Origin: Paraspadella gotoi
Taxonomy: Eukaryota; Animalia; Chaetognatha
DNA length: 64,000 bases
Assembly (NCBI GenBank): GCA_051294375.1
Contig: CM119271.1
Coordinates: forward strand, 8,299,788-8,363,787
Direction: 5' to 3'
How positions within the stretch are numbered: position 1 is the stretch's first letter; the number at the start of each line of letters is the position of its first letter. The position numbers and the translations under genes are program-made. Positions 13,171 through 25,007 of this stretch are shown here, piece by piece. A model generated the notes under the pieces. It was not told the DNA's origin, ran no database searches, and saw nothing but the letters and a program-made list of their open reading frames with translations.

Positions 13171-13470
13171 AAAAAATCAATCAATCAATCATAGCTTTTT
13201 CACTATTCACGAATGGAGAAAGAAAACTTTCTCGCAACGGAAACGACATTGTCGTTGACAACCATTGAGGGAAAACAGTCGCCAACAATAAAGTAAACAA
13301 CAGAACTTATAACAACAACTTTGACCAAGGCTTCATGAGCAGATGCAATCTGACGGAAAGAAAAAAACTCTGTGCAGCATTATTTTTCGTTTGTTTTGAT
13401 TATTATTTATTATTATTATATTATTATATTGTATATTATTATATTATTATTGTATCAATTCTTTTTTTCA

Positions 13471-13615
13471 TTGTGTTTTTAATAATTTAAATAATTTCTT
13501 TAGCAACAACGATTTTTATTTTAATTAAGCAGACATGTTTCGACTTTTTATACATGTCTTCATCAGTGCTTATTTAAAAAAAAAAACTATAATAAAAATC
13601 GTTGTTGCTAAAGAA
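13471..13615 (-). mobile_element. Very short PLE insertion: intact hammerhead, 28-nt inverted duplication, 22-nt tail and 13-bp near-perfect TSD
   Basis: 13493-13520 is inverted at 13591-13618. TSD is ATTCTTTTTTTCA (13458-13470) versus ATTCTTTTTCTCA (13616-13628). The minus-strand tail ends AACACAA, like the element at 1859-3006. Confidence 0.75.
13519..13580 (-). ncRNA. Complete minimal type I hammerhead ribozyme
   Basis: Minus strand: ttttaaaTAAGCA-CTGATGA-A-GAC-atgtataaaaa-GTC-GAAA-CATG-TC-TGCTTA-attaaaa. Stem I is TAAGCA/TGCTTA (extendable), stem II is GAC/GTC, and cleavage is predicted after GUC. Confidence 0.85.
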
Positions 13616-13816
13616 ATTCTTTTTCTCACTAAATATATTATTGTTATATATGTGTTTGAACTGACCAACAATAAACAATCACGAAACGAATTATCAATAA
13701 CCTAAACAAAGCAAATGATTTGTGACAACGAGAATAACAATGTTAAAATGACAAGTACATCCAAAAGAGAGTTTACAAAATGAAACAAAAAAATAACCCG
13801 GGATTTATGACTACCA

Positions 13817-14187
13817 CTACATCAATAACAACAACATTAATAATAATAACAGCGACATCAAAATCAAAGACAACAACAGCAATATTAACATTACAACTAT
13901 GACAACACGACAACATGACCGTGAGAAAGCGGGACATGAGACGAAATATCTTTCACAACGACAACAACAATGACGATAACAACAACAACAACGACGACTT
14001 CGACCTCCCGACCTGTTGAACGACTCCGACCCGAACTCCTTCCTCATGATCTTGAGCCAGGGGGCGCCGGCCGTCGTCGTCACGTCGCACAAGATGGCGT
14101 TGAGGTCGAGACGGAGACGGACGTCGCGGGCCGCGCCGGTGGCGTCGAAGACGGGGGCGTAACCCACGCGACTCGCGTTGCTCAGGG
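13817..14187 (-). CDS. Terminal exon of an unknown protein with a Cys-rich segment and a C-terminal hydrophobic (TM or GPI-signal-like) tail
   Basis: Acceptor acaacag| in phase 1 matches the exon at 14593-14719. It reads ALSNASRVGYAPVFDATG...RCCCCYRHCCCRC...VVIVVMLILLLLSLILMSLLLLLMLLLLM*. Confidence 0.6.
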
Positions 14188-14592
14188 CTGTTGTGGGCGG
14201 GAGTTGAGAGGCGTCGTGAGAAGGGAGTGGAATGAAACGATGACAAAAAAAATAATAATTCTGATTTATGTGGTCTTTTTTTTTGCCATTGAGTACTTGA
14301 TTGTGTAACAAATTTATTAGGCTTACTTATAATTTAATTCAAAATTAATTCTCGGGGGAAAAAAAAAACACTTCAGGCTTTTCAAGAGGTCAACATGACT
14401 TGACATGACATGACAAGATGGTGTCATCGAGCAAGTTTTGCGGGGGCTCGTGAAAATTTCAGTAATGTTTTTTTTTTTTAATAAAGTTAAGGATGTCCCT
14501 GTCTTTCTCTTTGTCTCCCTCCTTCCCCCATTTCTCTCTACCTCTCCTCTTTCTAGTTTTCTCCCTTCACTCTCACTCACACACAGACATAC

Positions 14593-14719
14593 CCGTGAAG
14601 TGAACCGGAATCCTATCGGGCAGACTGACCGACGTCGGCCAGCACACCGGGTCGACGAGATCGTATCCTTGGAGGATGAGCTGAGTTCGAGTTTTCGCGT
14701 CGCCTCCGTCCGGCAAAAC
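14593..14719 (-). CDS. Internal exon of the same minus-strand gene
   Basis: Acceptor ttttcgcaccccag| and donor |gtatgt; 127 nt, open: VLPDGGDAKTRTQLILQGYDLVDPVCWPTSVSLPDRIPVHFT. Confidence 0.65.
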
Positions 14720-15786
14720 CTGGGGTGCGAAAATTATGGAAATTTTTGAAAAATCCTCTTTAATAATTAATGTCAACTGAATTCTCTCTATACTACTAGA
14801 GTCTATAGTATATTCGTTCAAAGAGTTCCCTTTTTTTTTCTCCCGAAACAAAAAAAATTCCTCGCACACGCGTTTCCGTGAGTTCGTTTTCCCCCTCCCA
14901 CGCATTTTGTTCTGACAGGCGTGAAACGAGAGAAAAATGAAAGTTGAAGTCCAGAGTCCAAAGAGATTTTTTTATTTTATTTTTTAATTCAGGCAAAAAA
15001 AAATCTAATTTCCGGCGAGGAGTTTTCAACTTTCGGTTATAGTTTCGTTATTTGGAATATTAATTTAAAGTATTATGGCAACAGCTAGTGATTGCCCATT
15101 GGGATGGGGCATCTTACTGTTGGCTTTGGGGGCTTCCGATCCTCAGTGACGCCTCCAGCCACTGGCGCGGTTACCCTAGGACGGTCTTGCCAACGCAGAG
15201 GGAAGTCGTTAGGGCTGTGGATGGAACACAACTCCTGGGATGGTGTGTTCCCCCTCTGAGCCAATAGATTTGGCTGAACGATGGTTGACGTGAGGCGGTG
15301 TGTATATACCGCCACAGTACGACATTTTAACCACTCTAAGTTATCAAATTTTAACTCTTAACGTTTAAAATTCAACAATATCTATCTTTTTTTTCATTTA
15401 GCTGACCCGCCCATTTTTAAAATGCTTGAGATTTGTTACTGTGTGCACAAGTGTCCAAGAGTTAACTTATCCAGATAAAGGCGATCGATTCCAAGTCCAA
15501 ATGCTAATTTCGTATGCAACGCTTCCGCCATCTCTCTTTCAGATCGGCCAAAAATGCGGGAAAGCTGAGACCCAAACTTTGACCCCGTACCGAGATTCGA
15601 AAAATAAAAGATAAAAAAAAAAATAATAAAACGAAAAGTTAATACGTTGAAGTTAATCTTTTAAACCCAGTAGTAGGCCGGACATTGACGTCGTAATAGT
15701 GGAATCAGTCGTTGGTGCAATTATCGCAAACACTGCTGTCGTTTACCAGACCACCATCTCGCAAAAATACATCGACATGGTCAATA

Positions 15787-16388
15787 AAGCGTAGTAAAAA
15801 TTATAAATTTAACTTTAATTAAAATTCTAAAAGTGAGGAACTAACAACCTTATACTAATGAACATTTATGTATAAAAAAATTTTATAATAAATTTTACAA
15901 TTTACGCAGTAGGCCATATTTATACTAGTACTAATCCAATAAATGTTAAAATATCAAAATAGTTTTTTTGTAAATTTTTTTTGCAGATTTGGATTCGTCA
16001 TGAAAAGTTGATATAAAGAAATATAACTCTTTTTTAAAAATTATTTCATTAAGTTGGTCAAATATCAGAAAAATATATATTTTAAGCTGAAAATTAAAGT
16101 TTTATAGTTTTTTTAATTTTAACCCACTTAATGAAAAAAATTTCTAAAAATGATTTATATTTTTTTTTTATCCACTTTTGACGAGGAATTCAAATCTTCA
16201 ATCAAAATTTAAAAATTCCTATTTTAAAATTTTTCGATTTTATAAGGAGAGTACTATATATAAATATAGCCTACTGCGAAAATTGAAGAACATAATTTTT
16301 TTTTTTTTTTTTACAAATTAATGTTCACTGATGGTAGGTTGTTCATAATTGATATTTAAAATTTTCGTATGTAACTTTCACTACGCTC
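15787..16388 (+). mobile_element. ~600-bp MITE with short TIRs and TA flanks (Tc1/mariner-type)
   Basis: TA|AAGCGTAGTAAAA...TTTCACTACGCTC|TA; highly similar to 16979-17587. Confidence 0.8.
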
Positions 16389-16782
16389 TAATGGTCAATC
16401 AGCTCGGTTCCCATCGGTCCTCAGAAACTCACTGATCTCCCGAACCAAGCCTGAATATCACCCCAAGTCTTCGCAGCTCCAGTCTGCGGACGAAGGTTCC
16501 GATCTCCCTACAAAGTCGCGCGCGACCGGCGTAGCAGCCGAAACTTCATCAGCCCCATCTTTTTTGAAAAGAAAAAAAAAATGTCGGACGACCGAGAAGA
16601 AATAATCAGGAGGCGTCTTCAAATCGGCTAACCCGCTTTGCAACTTCGTCCGCACCTCTGAGACGAACGTCTTTTCGAAACCGACCCATCTCCAGGATTC
16701 CATCCACCGCCTACAAGCTTTTCGACCATCTTCCTTCACCCTTCTTATCCTTCAACTTCCCGCCAAACCTTCTTCCCTCAAA

Positions 16783-16951
16783 ATGGAACACGAACGGATG
16801 ATCGCCTCCGCCAACCGTTCGACTTCCTCCACGCTCATATACCGCCGCATCGCCCGCAGCAAGTTCAACGGCAGCCGCCGCTGCATAATCCTCACAGCCG
16901 TCGTCATCATCATCGTCTTGCTCAGCGTCATCGTCGCCAGCGTGGCGGCCG
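16783..16951 (+). CDS. SLC30/ZnT1-like cation diffusion facilitator, exon 1 (N-terminus and TM1)
   Basis: MEHERMIAS...RRCIILTAVVIIIVLLSVIVASVAA; donor G|gtaagg in phase 1. Confidence 0.7.
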
Positions 16952-16978
16952 GTAAGGGGGGTTACTTTGTGGGTAATA

Positions 16979-17587
16979 AGGCGTAGTAAAATTTCTAAAT
17001 TTAACTTTAATTAAAATTCTTAAAGTGAGGAACGAACAACATTATACTAATGAACATTTATGTATAAAAAAAATTTATAATAAATTTTACAATTTACGCA
17101 GTAGGCCATATTTATACTAGTACTAATCCAATAAATGTTAAAATTTCAAAACAGTTTTTTCTAAAATTTTTTTGCAGATTTGGATTCGTCATAAAAAGTT
17201 GATAAAAAGAAATATAACTCTTTTTAAAAATTTCCTTCATTAAGTGGGTCAAAAATTAGAAAAAGTTATATTTTAAGCTGAAAATCAACTTTTTATATAT
17301 TAAATATAGTTTTTGTAATTTTTAACCCACTTAATGAAAGAATTTTTAAAAATAATTTATATTTTCTTTTATCAACTTTTGACGAGGAATTCAAATCTGC
17401 AATCAAAATTAAGAAAAGCCTATTTTGAATTTTTTTGATTTTATAAGGATAGTACTATATATAAATATAGACTACTGCGAAAATTAAAAAAACATATAAT
17501 TAATTTTTTTTACAAATTAATGTTCACTGATGGTATGTTGTTCATAATTGACCTTTAGAATTTTCGTATGTAACTTTCACTACGCCT
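16979..17587 (+). mobile_element. ~610-bp MITE with TIRs and TA flanks (second full copy)
   Basis: TA|AGGCGTAGTAAAA...TTTCACTACGCCT|TA. Confidence 0.85.
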
Positions 17588-17870
17588 TAGTGGGTAAGTC
17601 GGCGAAGGGTCATCACGGAGTCGGTTTGAACTCGGCGAATTAGTCTGTCTGTCCGTCAACCAGTCTGTCACGCTTTCATTTAAATACCTATAAACATTAA
17701 CCAATAAACATTAAATGACAATAACAATAACAATAAACAATAAGCAATAAAGCGGAATTTGCTTAACCCTGGGTCATTTTTATTCACGCTTGGCGGTTGG
17801 GGACGATGGGACCACGTGATCACGAGAATGGAAGTGAAGAGACAATAATTATTGTTGGGTTAGATCAATA

Positions 17871-18004
17871 TAAGCAGTCCCTGAGCTTCGGGTTAAGACG
17901 CGCCCTTCCTCTTAACTGCACAGACGACCACCGGGTTAGAACCCCGAACCTTTGGGTTGGGAGGTGAACGACTTGCCTCCGGCACCAATGGCCGCTGATG
18001 AACG
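17871..18004 (-). mobile_element. tRNA-derived SINE-like repeat
   Basis: Minus strand has A-box-like TGGTGCCGGAGG and B-box-like GGTTCTAACC with tRNA-like spacing. An independent copy lies at 33155-33318. Confidence 0.65.
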
Positions 18005-18341
18005 GTTTGTGGATTTTATTCCACCATAGAAGGTTAATGCAAAAAGTTCATTCTATTGGCTGGCTAAAAAAAATATGATCTTTCGGTGAAAGTCCCTCTC
18101 TCTGTGATCCGTTTCGTAATCTCCAGCCAAAACAGAGAGAGAGAGAGAGAGACCGCAAACTTCAGCTCTCTCTCTCTCCCTCTCTCTCTCTTTCTCTCCT
18201 CTCTCTCTCTCTATTAAGATTCTGTGTTTTAGTATTGGCCCTTCAGCATTATTAGACAAAAGGACCCATTAGACGTACTCGATACTGTCCAGGGTCAAGT
18301 GTAATCATTTCTATTTTCTAATTTCTCTCTCTCTCTCTCTC

Positions 18342-18393
<52 letters not shown>

Positions 18394-18519
18394 TTTGTTT
18401 TCTCTCTCATCAATGCCACTCCCTCACCGACCTCCCGACACCGAACGCCTTCCTCTCAACCTTTCCTTTCCCAAAACCGTCCGCCCTACCCCCCCCTTCC
18501 CCCCCCACTTTCCCCACAG

Positions 18520-18701
18520 CCTTCGACAACATCCGGGTCATTCTCCGCGAAGTTCAAAACGTCGGCGACTGCGTCTCTCTCATCATCGCCCTCGTCGTCG
18601 TATTTCGCGCGGAATTGGCGGCGTTGTCGCAACGCAACACTTACGGGTTCGCGCGACAGCCGAAGTCGTCGCCACGGTTATCGTCTGCACCTTTTTGGCG
18701 G
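18520..18701 (+). CDS. ZnT1-like gene exon 2 (TM2-TM3); one frameshift near 18655, probably a sequencing error
   Basis: Acceptor ccccacag| in phase 1. AFDNIRVILREVQNVGDCVSLIIALVVV...NTYGFAR/AEVVATVIVCTFLA matches the ZnT1-family motif NTFGWxRAEVxGALVNxVFL. Confidence 0.75.
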
Positions 18702-18705
18702 GTAC

Positions 18706-18770
<65 letters not shown>

Positions 18771-19174
18771 GGCGCTTCCTTTGTTTGTTTACATGTTTTG
18801 TATTTACTTTTTGATCGATCCGTCTCTCGCCCACACAGTCATCGTTGGCATCATTCAGCATGAGGGTTTTTCTCTTTTGTTTATTCGCTCGTTAGTTTAT
18901 ATTATGAGATTAATTTTTTTTTTTATTTACTTCGGCTTGCGTTTTTGATTCTTTCAAAAATTTAGATCCATTTTTTACTTTGCTTTCTTCTCCGCCAACT
19001 TGCTACCATAACAATGAACAGCCACATTTTTCGCCCAGACTCACGATTTATGGTAAAAAGAGAACAAAGACCTTTAGTTCAACGATGCGGAGAAATGGAG
19101 GAGAGAGAGAGAGAGAGAAGGGGGGGGGGATAAAATACGTATGTATAATTATTTATAGCCTAATAATTGTAATG

Positions 19175-19457
19175 AACCGACCGACCGACCGGACCGACCG
19201 ACCGCGACCGAGCCGACCCGACCGACCGACCGACCGGACCGACCGACCGACCGACCGACGCGACCGACCGACGCGACCGACCGACCGACCGACCGACACG
19301 ACCGACCGACCCCGACGCGACCGACCGACCGACGCGACCGACCCGACCGACCGACCGACCACGCACCCGACCCGACCGACCGACCGACCGACCGACCGAC
19401 CGACCCGACCGACCGACCGACCGACCGCCGACCGACGACCGAACCGACCGACCGACA
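19175..19457. repeat. (ACCG)n tetranucleotide array (mirror copy at ~22928-23340)
   Basis: Direct observation. Confidence 0.95.
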
Positions 19458-20419
19458 AATGTCAATCAGCGACATTTCGGTATGAGATGGAAAAGTGTAT
19501 GGAAAAAGTGTATGGAAAAAGTGTATGGAAAAGTGAAAAAAAAAGAATAAATTCATATCGAGCGTAATACTCGTGGTTAGCGCTTTTAAATTCTCGTTAT
19601 ATTTCCGAAAGCGACAGAAGGTCTTTCATAAATTACGCTTAAAAATGCCGTTTAAATTCTCATTAAGTAAATTAAGAACTCGGAGCGTGGGAAAAATGCG
19701 ATTAGGAAAAAAATAGAATATTCCACTTTGAGCCGTTTAAATAAAATTTACTATATTTCGTAAATATTCCAAATTAGTTGGTTTTTTTTAGTTTAAAAAT
19801 TAACGCGATAAATTAGAATTTTTCTTTCACTTGAGCGTGGGATGTACGTAAAATTTATAAAATATTACGAATCCGGTTAAAAAAAATTAATAATGCGTTT
19901 TGTAGTATTGAGTTTCCTTTTACTCAAGTCTTCGATGTTAATTTCTCCCATACTCCGCCTTGTATTTCTCACTATTAGTAATAGTATTACTATTTAAGTT
20001 GCCTCGAATTTATTGTTTATTTGGCCGACTTTAGTAGACGACTATTGAGAATTCAACGTGTTTTAAAAATGTTTATTTACATTAAATGCAGACGACGAGG
20101 ATTTAAAACGGTCAAGTTTATAACAAATTATAAACGAATATAAAAAGATTTAAAACGACGTAAAAAGAGGAGAGAGAGGAGAGAGAAAGAGAGAGAGCAG
20201 AGAAGAGAGAGAAGAGAGAAGAGAGAAAGAGAGAGAGAGAGAGAGAGTAGATACAGAGAGACAACCGGAATCTGTAGGAGGTTCACACGAGTTTCCAACA
20301 AATTTCAGACAGACGAAGATCGGGACGCGTTGCGCCCGCACCGGGAGCACTGCGATACGCGTGGGCCGGAAAGAGTGAAAGGCCGTGGAATTGGTATCGG
20401 AGAGCCCGCGGAAAAGCGG

Positions 20420-22370
20420 CGTCACCTAGCGTGCTCCTTGGCGACCCCGGCAGGGGCTGCGGTATCGTCGCCGAGATGCATTTAGTGGGATTGGCGCGGC
20501 TTAGAGGGGCGTTCAGCCCGTAATGCCCTGCGGATGGGTAGCAATGGGACGATCCGGCCGGTCGGCGAGCCCGATCGCAGAAAGGTCCGAACCTTGTTCT
20601 TTCAGGTATCCTCTTCGTACTTGAGCCAGAGAGGAATTCCTAGCGGCGAAGACGAGTCATCAGTAGGGTAAAACTAAACCTGTCTCAGGAGGGTCTTAAC
20701 CTTCAGGCGTGCGCCTCTCCCCTGAGGGCGGGTGAACAATACCGGACGCTTGGCAATATTCTGCCTTTCGGCAAATGCATAGGTAATTAGAAAGAGACTG
20801 ACAATTCGAAGGATCAATAAATGCTCAAACGTCGATATGAACGCTATGTGCTGCCAACAAAGCCGAGTGTTTTATCGACCTGTGGTAAACTTTTCTGAAC
20901 ATGCTTGGTCGCCCCAAACGAATTTTTATACGCTGGGGGAATAAAGCACAGAAAGGATCGATAGGAACCTGCTGTCTTCTGCACGTCCGTAACTTTTATC
21001 GCGAAGGCTCTCCGGGGATTGCGAGCCGAGACTTTTGCAACCTATTTTGATATAAAAGCGCGAGGTTTCTGTTCCCCGACCTCGAGGGTCGGCCTTAGGT
21101 AACACCCGCGTTACGCTTGTGACGGTGTACCGGGCCGGCCCCAGTCAAACTCCCGGCCCGGGCTGTCCGTGGAGCAAGCTTGGGAGAAGAGGGGACGCCG
21201 ACGCGAGGCTCCGGGCTTCCCTCCCGTAGGCTCCAGAATCCGAAAGCCACCACGTAGGTGGGGCTCCGTCACGCCGCGTATAACCGCATAAGTAAGAGCA
21301 AACGAGCGGGAGTGTGTGGTATTTTAACCTGGTCGTACCTCTACACGCGCGAGGAGCGAGCACGTCCCACCTATCCTATCACGTTCTCGTGTCTCTCGCT
21401 TTCACGAGAAGCTCGGACTCTAGTAGTCATATGTCTCAACATTTATATAGGGTCTTCATTCCTTCGCTGCATGTCTGCCAAGGTTTCACGCGTTCCCTTG
21501 GCTGATGGTATTTCGCTTAGATGTTAGTTATGAATTAAGGGACCAAAGCGCGAATCTCGTTCATTGCCACCCCCTGGTTGTTCCGTTCATGCGGCAGTCA
21601 CTAATTTAATGACGAGCGCATTCTTGTCTACCCTTAAGAGAGTCATAGGTTACTTCGGTCCCCGCTCGGCCGTGTCACCTCCGCGCTTCGTATGATTTCT
21701 CTATCAACTTTGATCATTCTCAGTTAGCACTGGAGCATGGAAATCATATATATTCACAGAGCGTCAATCATCACCTCGGGAGACCGTGCAGCGATGCCAC
21801 TATTCGCTCTCATATTTTGAATCAGTCGGATTCTCCAGTGTCGCGTGCCAGTTCTAAGTTGACGGCGTTTTGCTCGACTGAAAGACAGCACAGAAGAACA
21901 CCGACGGGCAGTGACGGTGCCGGGCGCGAAACCCGGTGGCCCTAGCCGACTCGTATGTCTGTGAGCAATCACGACGGGAAGGCCCTTCTGGCACGATCCC
22001 GAACTCGCTCCTCAGCCGCCAGCAAACACTACGAGGTGCCACGGCTGGCCGTCGAACTTTGTCTCCAGTCCGCCGTTGCGGCGACCTCACCGTACCCGCC
22101 ATCCTCGTTCTGCCTCCGTCCGCCTACACGGCCACTTAGAGCCAATCGCTGTGCGCGTATTTCAGGATCCATCTTCTCGAGAGACTATCACCACTCTCAC
22201 CATTATATATACATAATGTTTCCGTGAAGTGGGTACCAGAGGCTCGCTCTCCACACATCGGAGACCTGCTCGTCGTGAATATAGAACAGACGTAATATAG
22301 CGACCGGATTCTCATACACGAGTGCCTCCTGGGGCTCTTTTTTCCAAAGGGCCGGCTGAATCTCAGGATA
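20420..22370 (-). rRNA. 28S rRNA: Heavily indel-degraded 3' half of eukaryotic 28S rRNA (noisy read or pseudogene)
   Basis: Reverse-complement LSU landmarks occur in the correct order: GCTTAGAGG..CGTTCAG, sarcin-ricin loop (TCCTCTTCGTACT ~20609), TCATCAGTAGGGTAAAACTAA, GGGTGAACAAT, CCCCAGTCAAACTCCC, CGTTCCCTTGGCTG, R2-site CCTTAAGAGAGTCATAG, CTTAGAGCCAATC, GGAGACCTGCT. Confidence 0.9.
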
Positions 22371-24178
22371 CGGCTACTCTAGCGAGAGCCGAGTTGAATA
22401 CAAGGCGGAGTATGGAGAATATTAAACATCGAAGGACTTGATAAAAGGAAACTCAATACTAACCAATAACGCCATATATTAATTTGTTTTAACCGTATTC
22501 GTATATTTTATTAAATTTTACGTACATCCACGCTCAAGTAAGAAAAATTCTAATCTATCGCGTTAATGTTTTTAAACTAGTAAAAAAACCAACTAATTTT
22601 GGCATATTACGAATATTAGTGATTCTTATTTAAGACGGCTCAAAGTGGAATATTCTATTTTTTTCCTAATCGCATTTTCCCCCACGCTCCCGAGTTCTTA
22701 TTTACTTATTGAGAATTTAAAACGGCATTTTTAAGCGTAATTTAATGAAAACCTTCTTGGTCGCTTTCGGAAATAATAACGAGGAATTTAAAAAGCGTAA
22801 CCAGCACGATAATACGCTACGATATGAATTTATTTTTTTTTTTCTTTTCATACTTTTCCATACATTTTTTCCATACACCTTTCCATCTACCCATACCCGA
22901 AATGCTCGTCCGCTGATTGACATTTTTGGTCGGGGTGTCGGTCGGGGTCGGGTTGGTCCGGTCGTTCGGGGTCCCGGTTCGAGGCGGAAGATATCGGCGG
23001 CGGGAGGATAGCGGGTATCGTTGGTCGGGGTGGCGCGATGTGACGGGTCGGGGTCGGTTCGGCAGGGTTCGGGTCGGCGTCGAGTACGGGTCGGTCGATC
23101 GTCGGTTGTGTCGTCGGTGGTCGGTTCGGGTTGGCGTAATGCTGGTTCCGGTCGGTGCGGGTCGTCGGTCGGTCGGTCGGTCGCGTCGGGTCGGTCGGTC
23201 GGGTCGAATCCGGTCGTTTCGTCTGTCGTCGGTTCTGTCGGAGTCGGCCGTCTCTCGCGTCGGTGTCGGCGCGTCGAGGTGGTATGTGGTCGGTTCGGTC
23301 TCATCGGTCGTCGACGAGGTCGCGATCGTCGCGTCGGTTCATTACAATTATTAGGCTATATAATAATTATATCAATACGTATTTTATCCTCCCCCCCCCT
23401 TCTCTCTCCTCCTCTGCTCTCTGCTCCATTTTCTCCGCATCGTTGAACTAAAGGTCTTTGTTCTCTTTTTAACCATAATCGTGAGTCTTGGCGAAAAGTG
23501 AGGCTGTTCATTGTTATGGTAGCAAGTTGGCGGAGAAGAAAGGCAAAGTAAAAATGGGATCTAAATTTTTTTGAAAGAATCAAAAACGCAAGCCGAAGTA
23601 AATAAAAAATTAATCTCATATATATAACTAACGAGCGAATAAACAAAAGAGAAAAACCCCTCATCTGAATGATGCTAAACGAGACTGTGTGGCGAGAGAC
23701 GGACGATCCAAAAAGTAAATACAAACATGTAAACAAACAAAGGAAGCGCGCCATTCTCTTCTCTCTCTTCATCGCTCCTCCTTCATCTCTCTCTCTCTAC
23801 TCTCTCCTCTCTCTCTCTCTCTCTAGTCCATTATCCCCCCGCCGCCAAAAGGCAGACGGATACCAGAGGTAGGGCGGGGACGGACTTCGGTAGTGCGGCG
23901 CGCGCCGAACAACGCGTAAGTGTTGCGTTTGCGACAACGCGCCAATTTCCGCGCGAAATACGACGACGGAGGGCGATGAATGGGAGAGACGGCAGTCGCG
24001 GACGTCGTTTGAACTTCGCGGGAGAATGACCCCGGATGTTGTCGAAGGCTGTGGGGAAAGTGGGGGGGAAGGGGGGGGGGTAGGGCGGACGACGTTTGGG
24101 AAAGGAAAGGTTGAGAGGAAGGCGTTCGGTGTCGGGAGGGTCGGTGAGGGATTGGCATTGATGAGAGAGAAAAACAAA

Positions 24179-24244
<66 letters not shown>

Positions 24245-24576
24245 AAAATAGAAATGATTACAAAAGACAATTGACCCCCTGGACAGTATCGAGTACGTCT
24301 AATGGGTCCTTTTTGTCTAATAATCGCTGAAGGCCCAATACTAAAAACAACGAAATCTAATAGAGAGAGAGAGAGGAGAGAGGAAAGGAGAGAAGAGGAG
24401 AGAGAGAGAGCTGAAGTTGGCGTCTCTCTCTCTCTCTCTCTGTTTTTGGCTGGAGATTACGGAAAACGGATCACAGGAGAGAGGGACTTTCACCCGAAAG
24501 ATCTATATTTTTTTAGGCCAGCCAATAGAATGAACTTTTGCATTAACATTCTAATGGTGGAATAAATCCACACAAC

Positions 24577-24710
24577 CGTTCATCAGCGGCATTGGGTGTG
24601 CGCGAGGCCAAGTCGTTCCACTCCCAATCCCAAAGGTTCGGGGTTCTAACCCGGTGGTCGTCTGGCAGTAAGAGGGACGGGCCGCTTAACCCGAAGCTCA
24701 GGGACTGCTT
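24577..24710 (+). mobile_element. Mirror copy of the SINE at 17871 within the inverted arm
   Basis: CGTTCATCAGCGGC...GGTTCTAACCCGGTGG...GGGACTGCTTA. Confidence 0.6.
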
Positions 24711-25007
24711 ATATTGATCTAACCCAACACATAATTATTGTCTCTTCATCCATTTCTCGTGATCACGTGGTCCCATCGTCCCCAACCGCCAAGCGTGAAT
24801 AAAAATGACCCCAGGGTTTAAGCATAATTCCGCTTTATTGCTTATTGTTTATTGTTATTGTTATTGTCATTTTAATGTTTATTGGTTAATGTTTTATAGG
24901 TATTTTAAATTGAAAGCGTGACAGACTGGTTGACGGACAGAAACAGACTAATTTCGCCGAAGTTCAAACCGACTCCGTGATGACCCTTCGCCGACTTACC
25001 CACTAAA

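Noticed and set aside
15440-15448. Metal-response element (TGCACAC on the minus strand) upstream of the ZnT gene
   Set aside because: A single 7-mer 1.3 kb upstream, beyond a MITE; expected by chance.
17990-18010. CTGATGA as a hammerhead core (also 33309)
   Set aside because: No stem II followed by GAAA; it is the antisense of the SINE 5' end.
18980-19567. ORFs rich in PTDR/SVGR (also 22717-23451)
   Set aside because: Translations of the (ACCG)n microsatellite.
20656-20670. Antisense CTGATGA as a hammerhead or snoRNA box
   Set aside because: Part of the conserved 28S rRNA sequence CCCTACTGATGA.
21145-22227. Short ORFs in the inverted-repeat spacer
   Set aside because: They lie within the degraded 28S rRNA.
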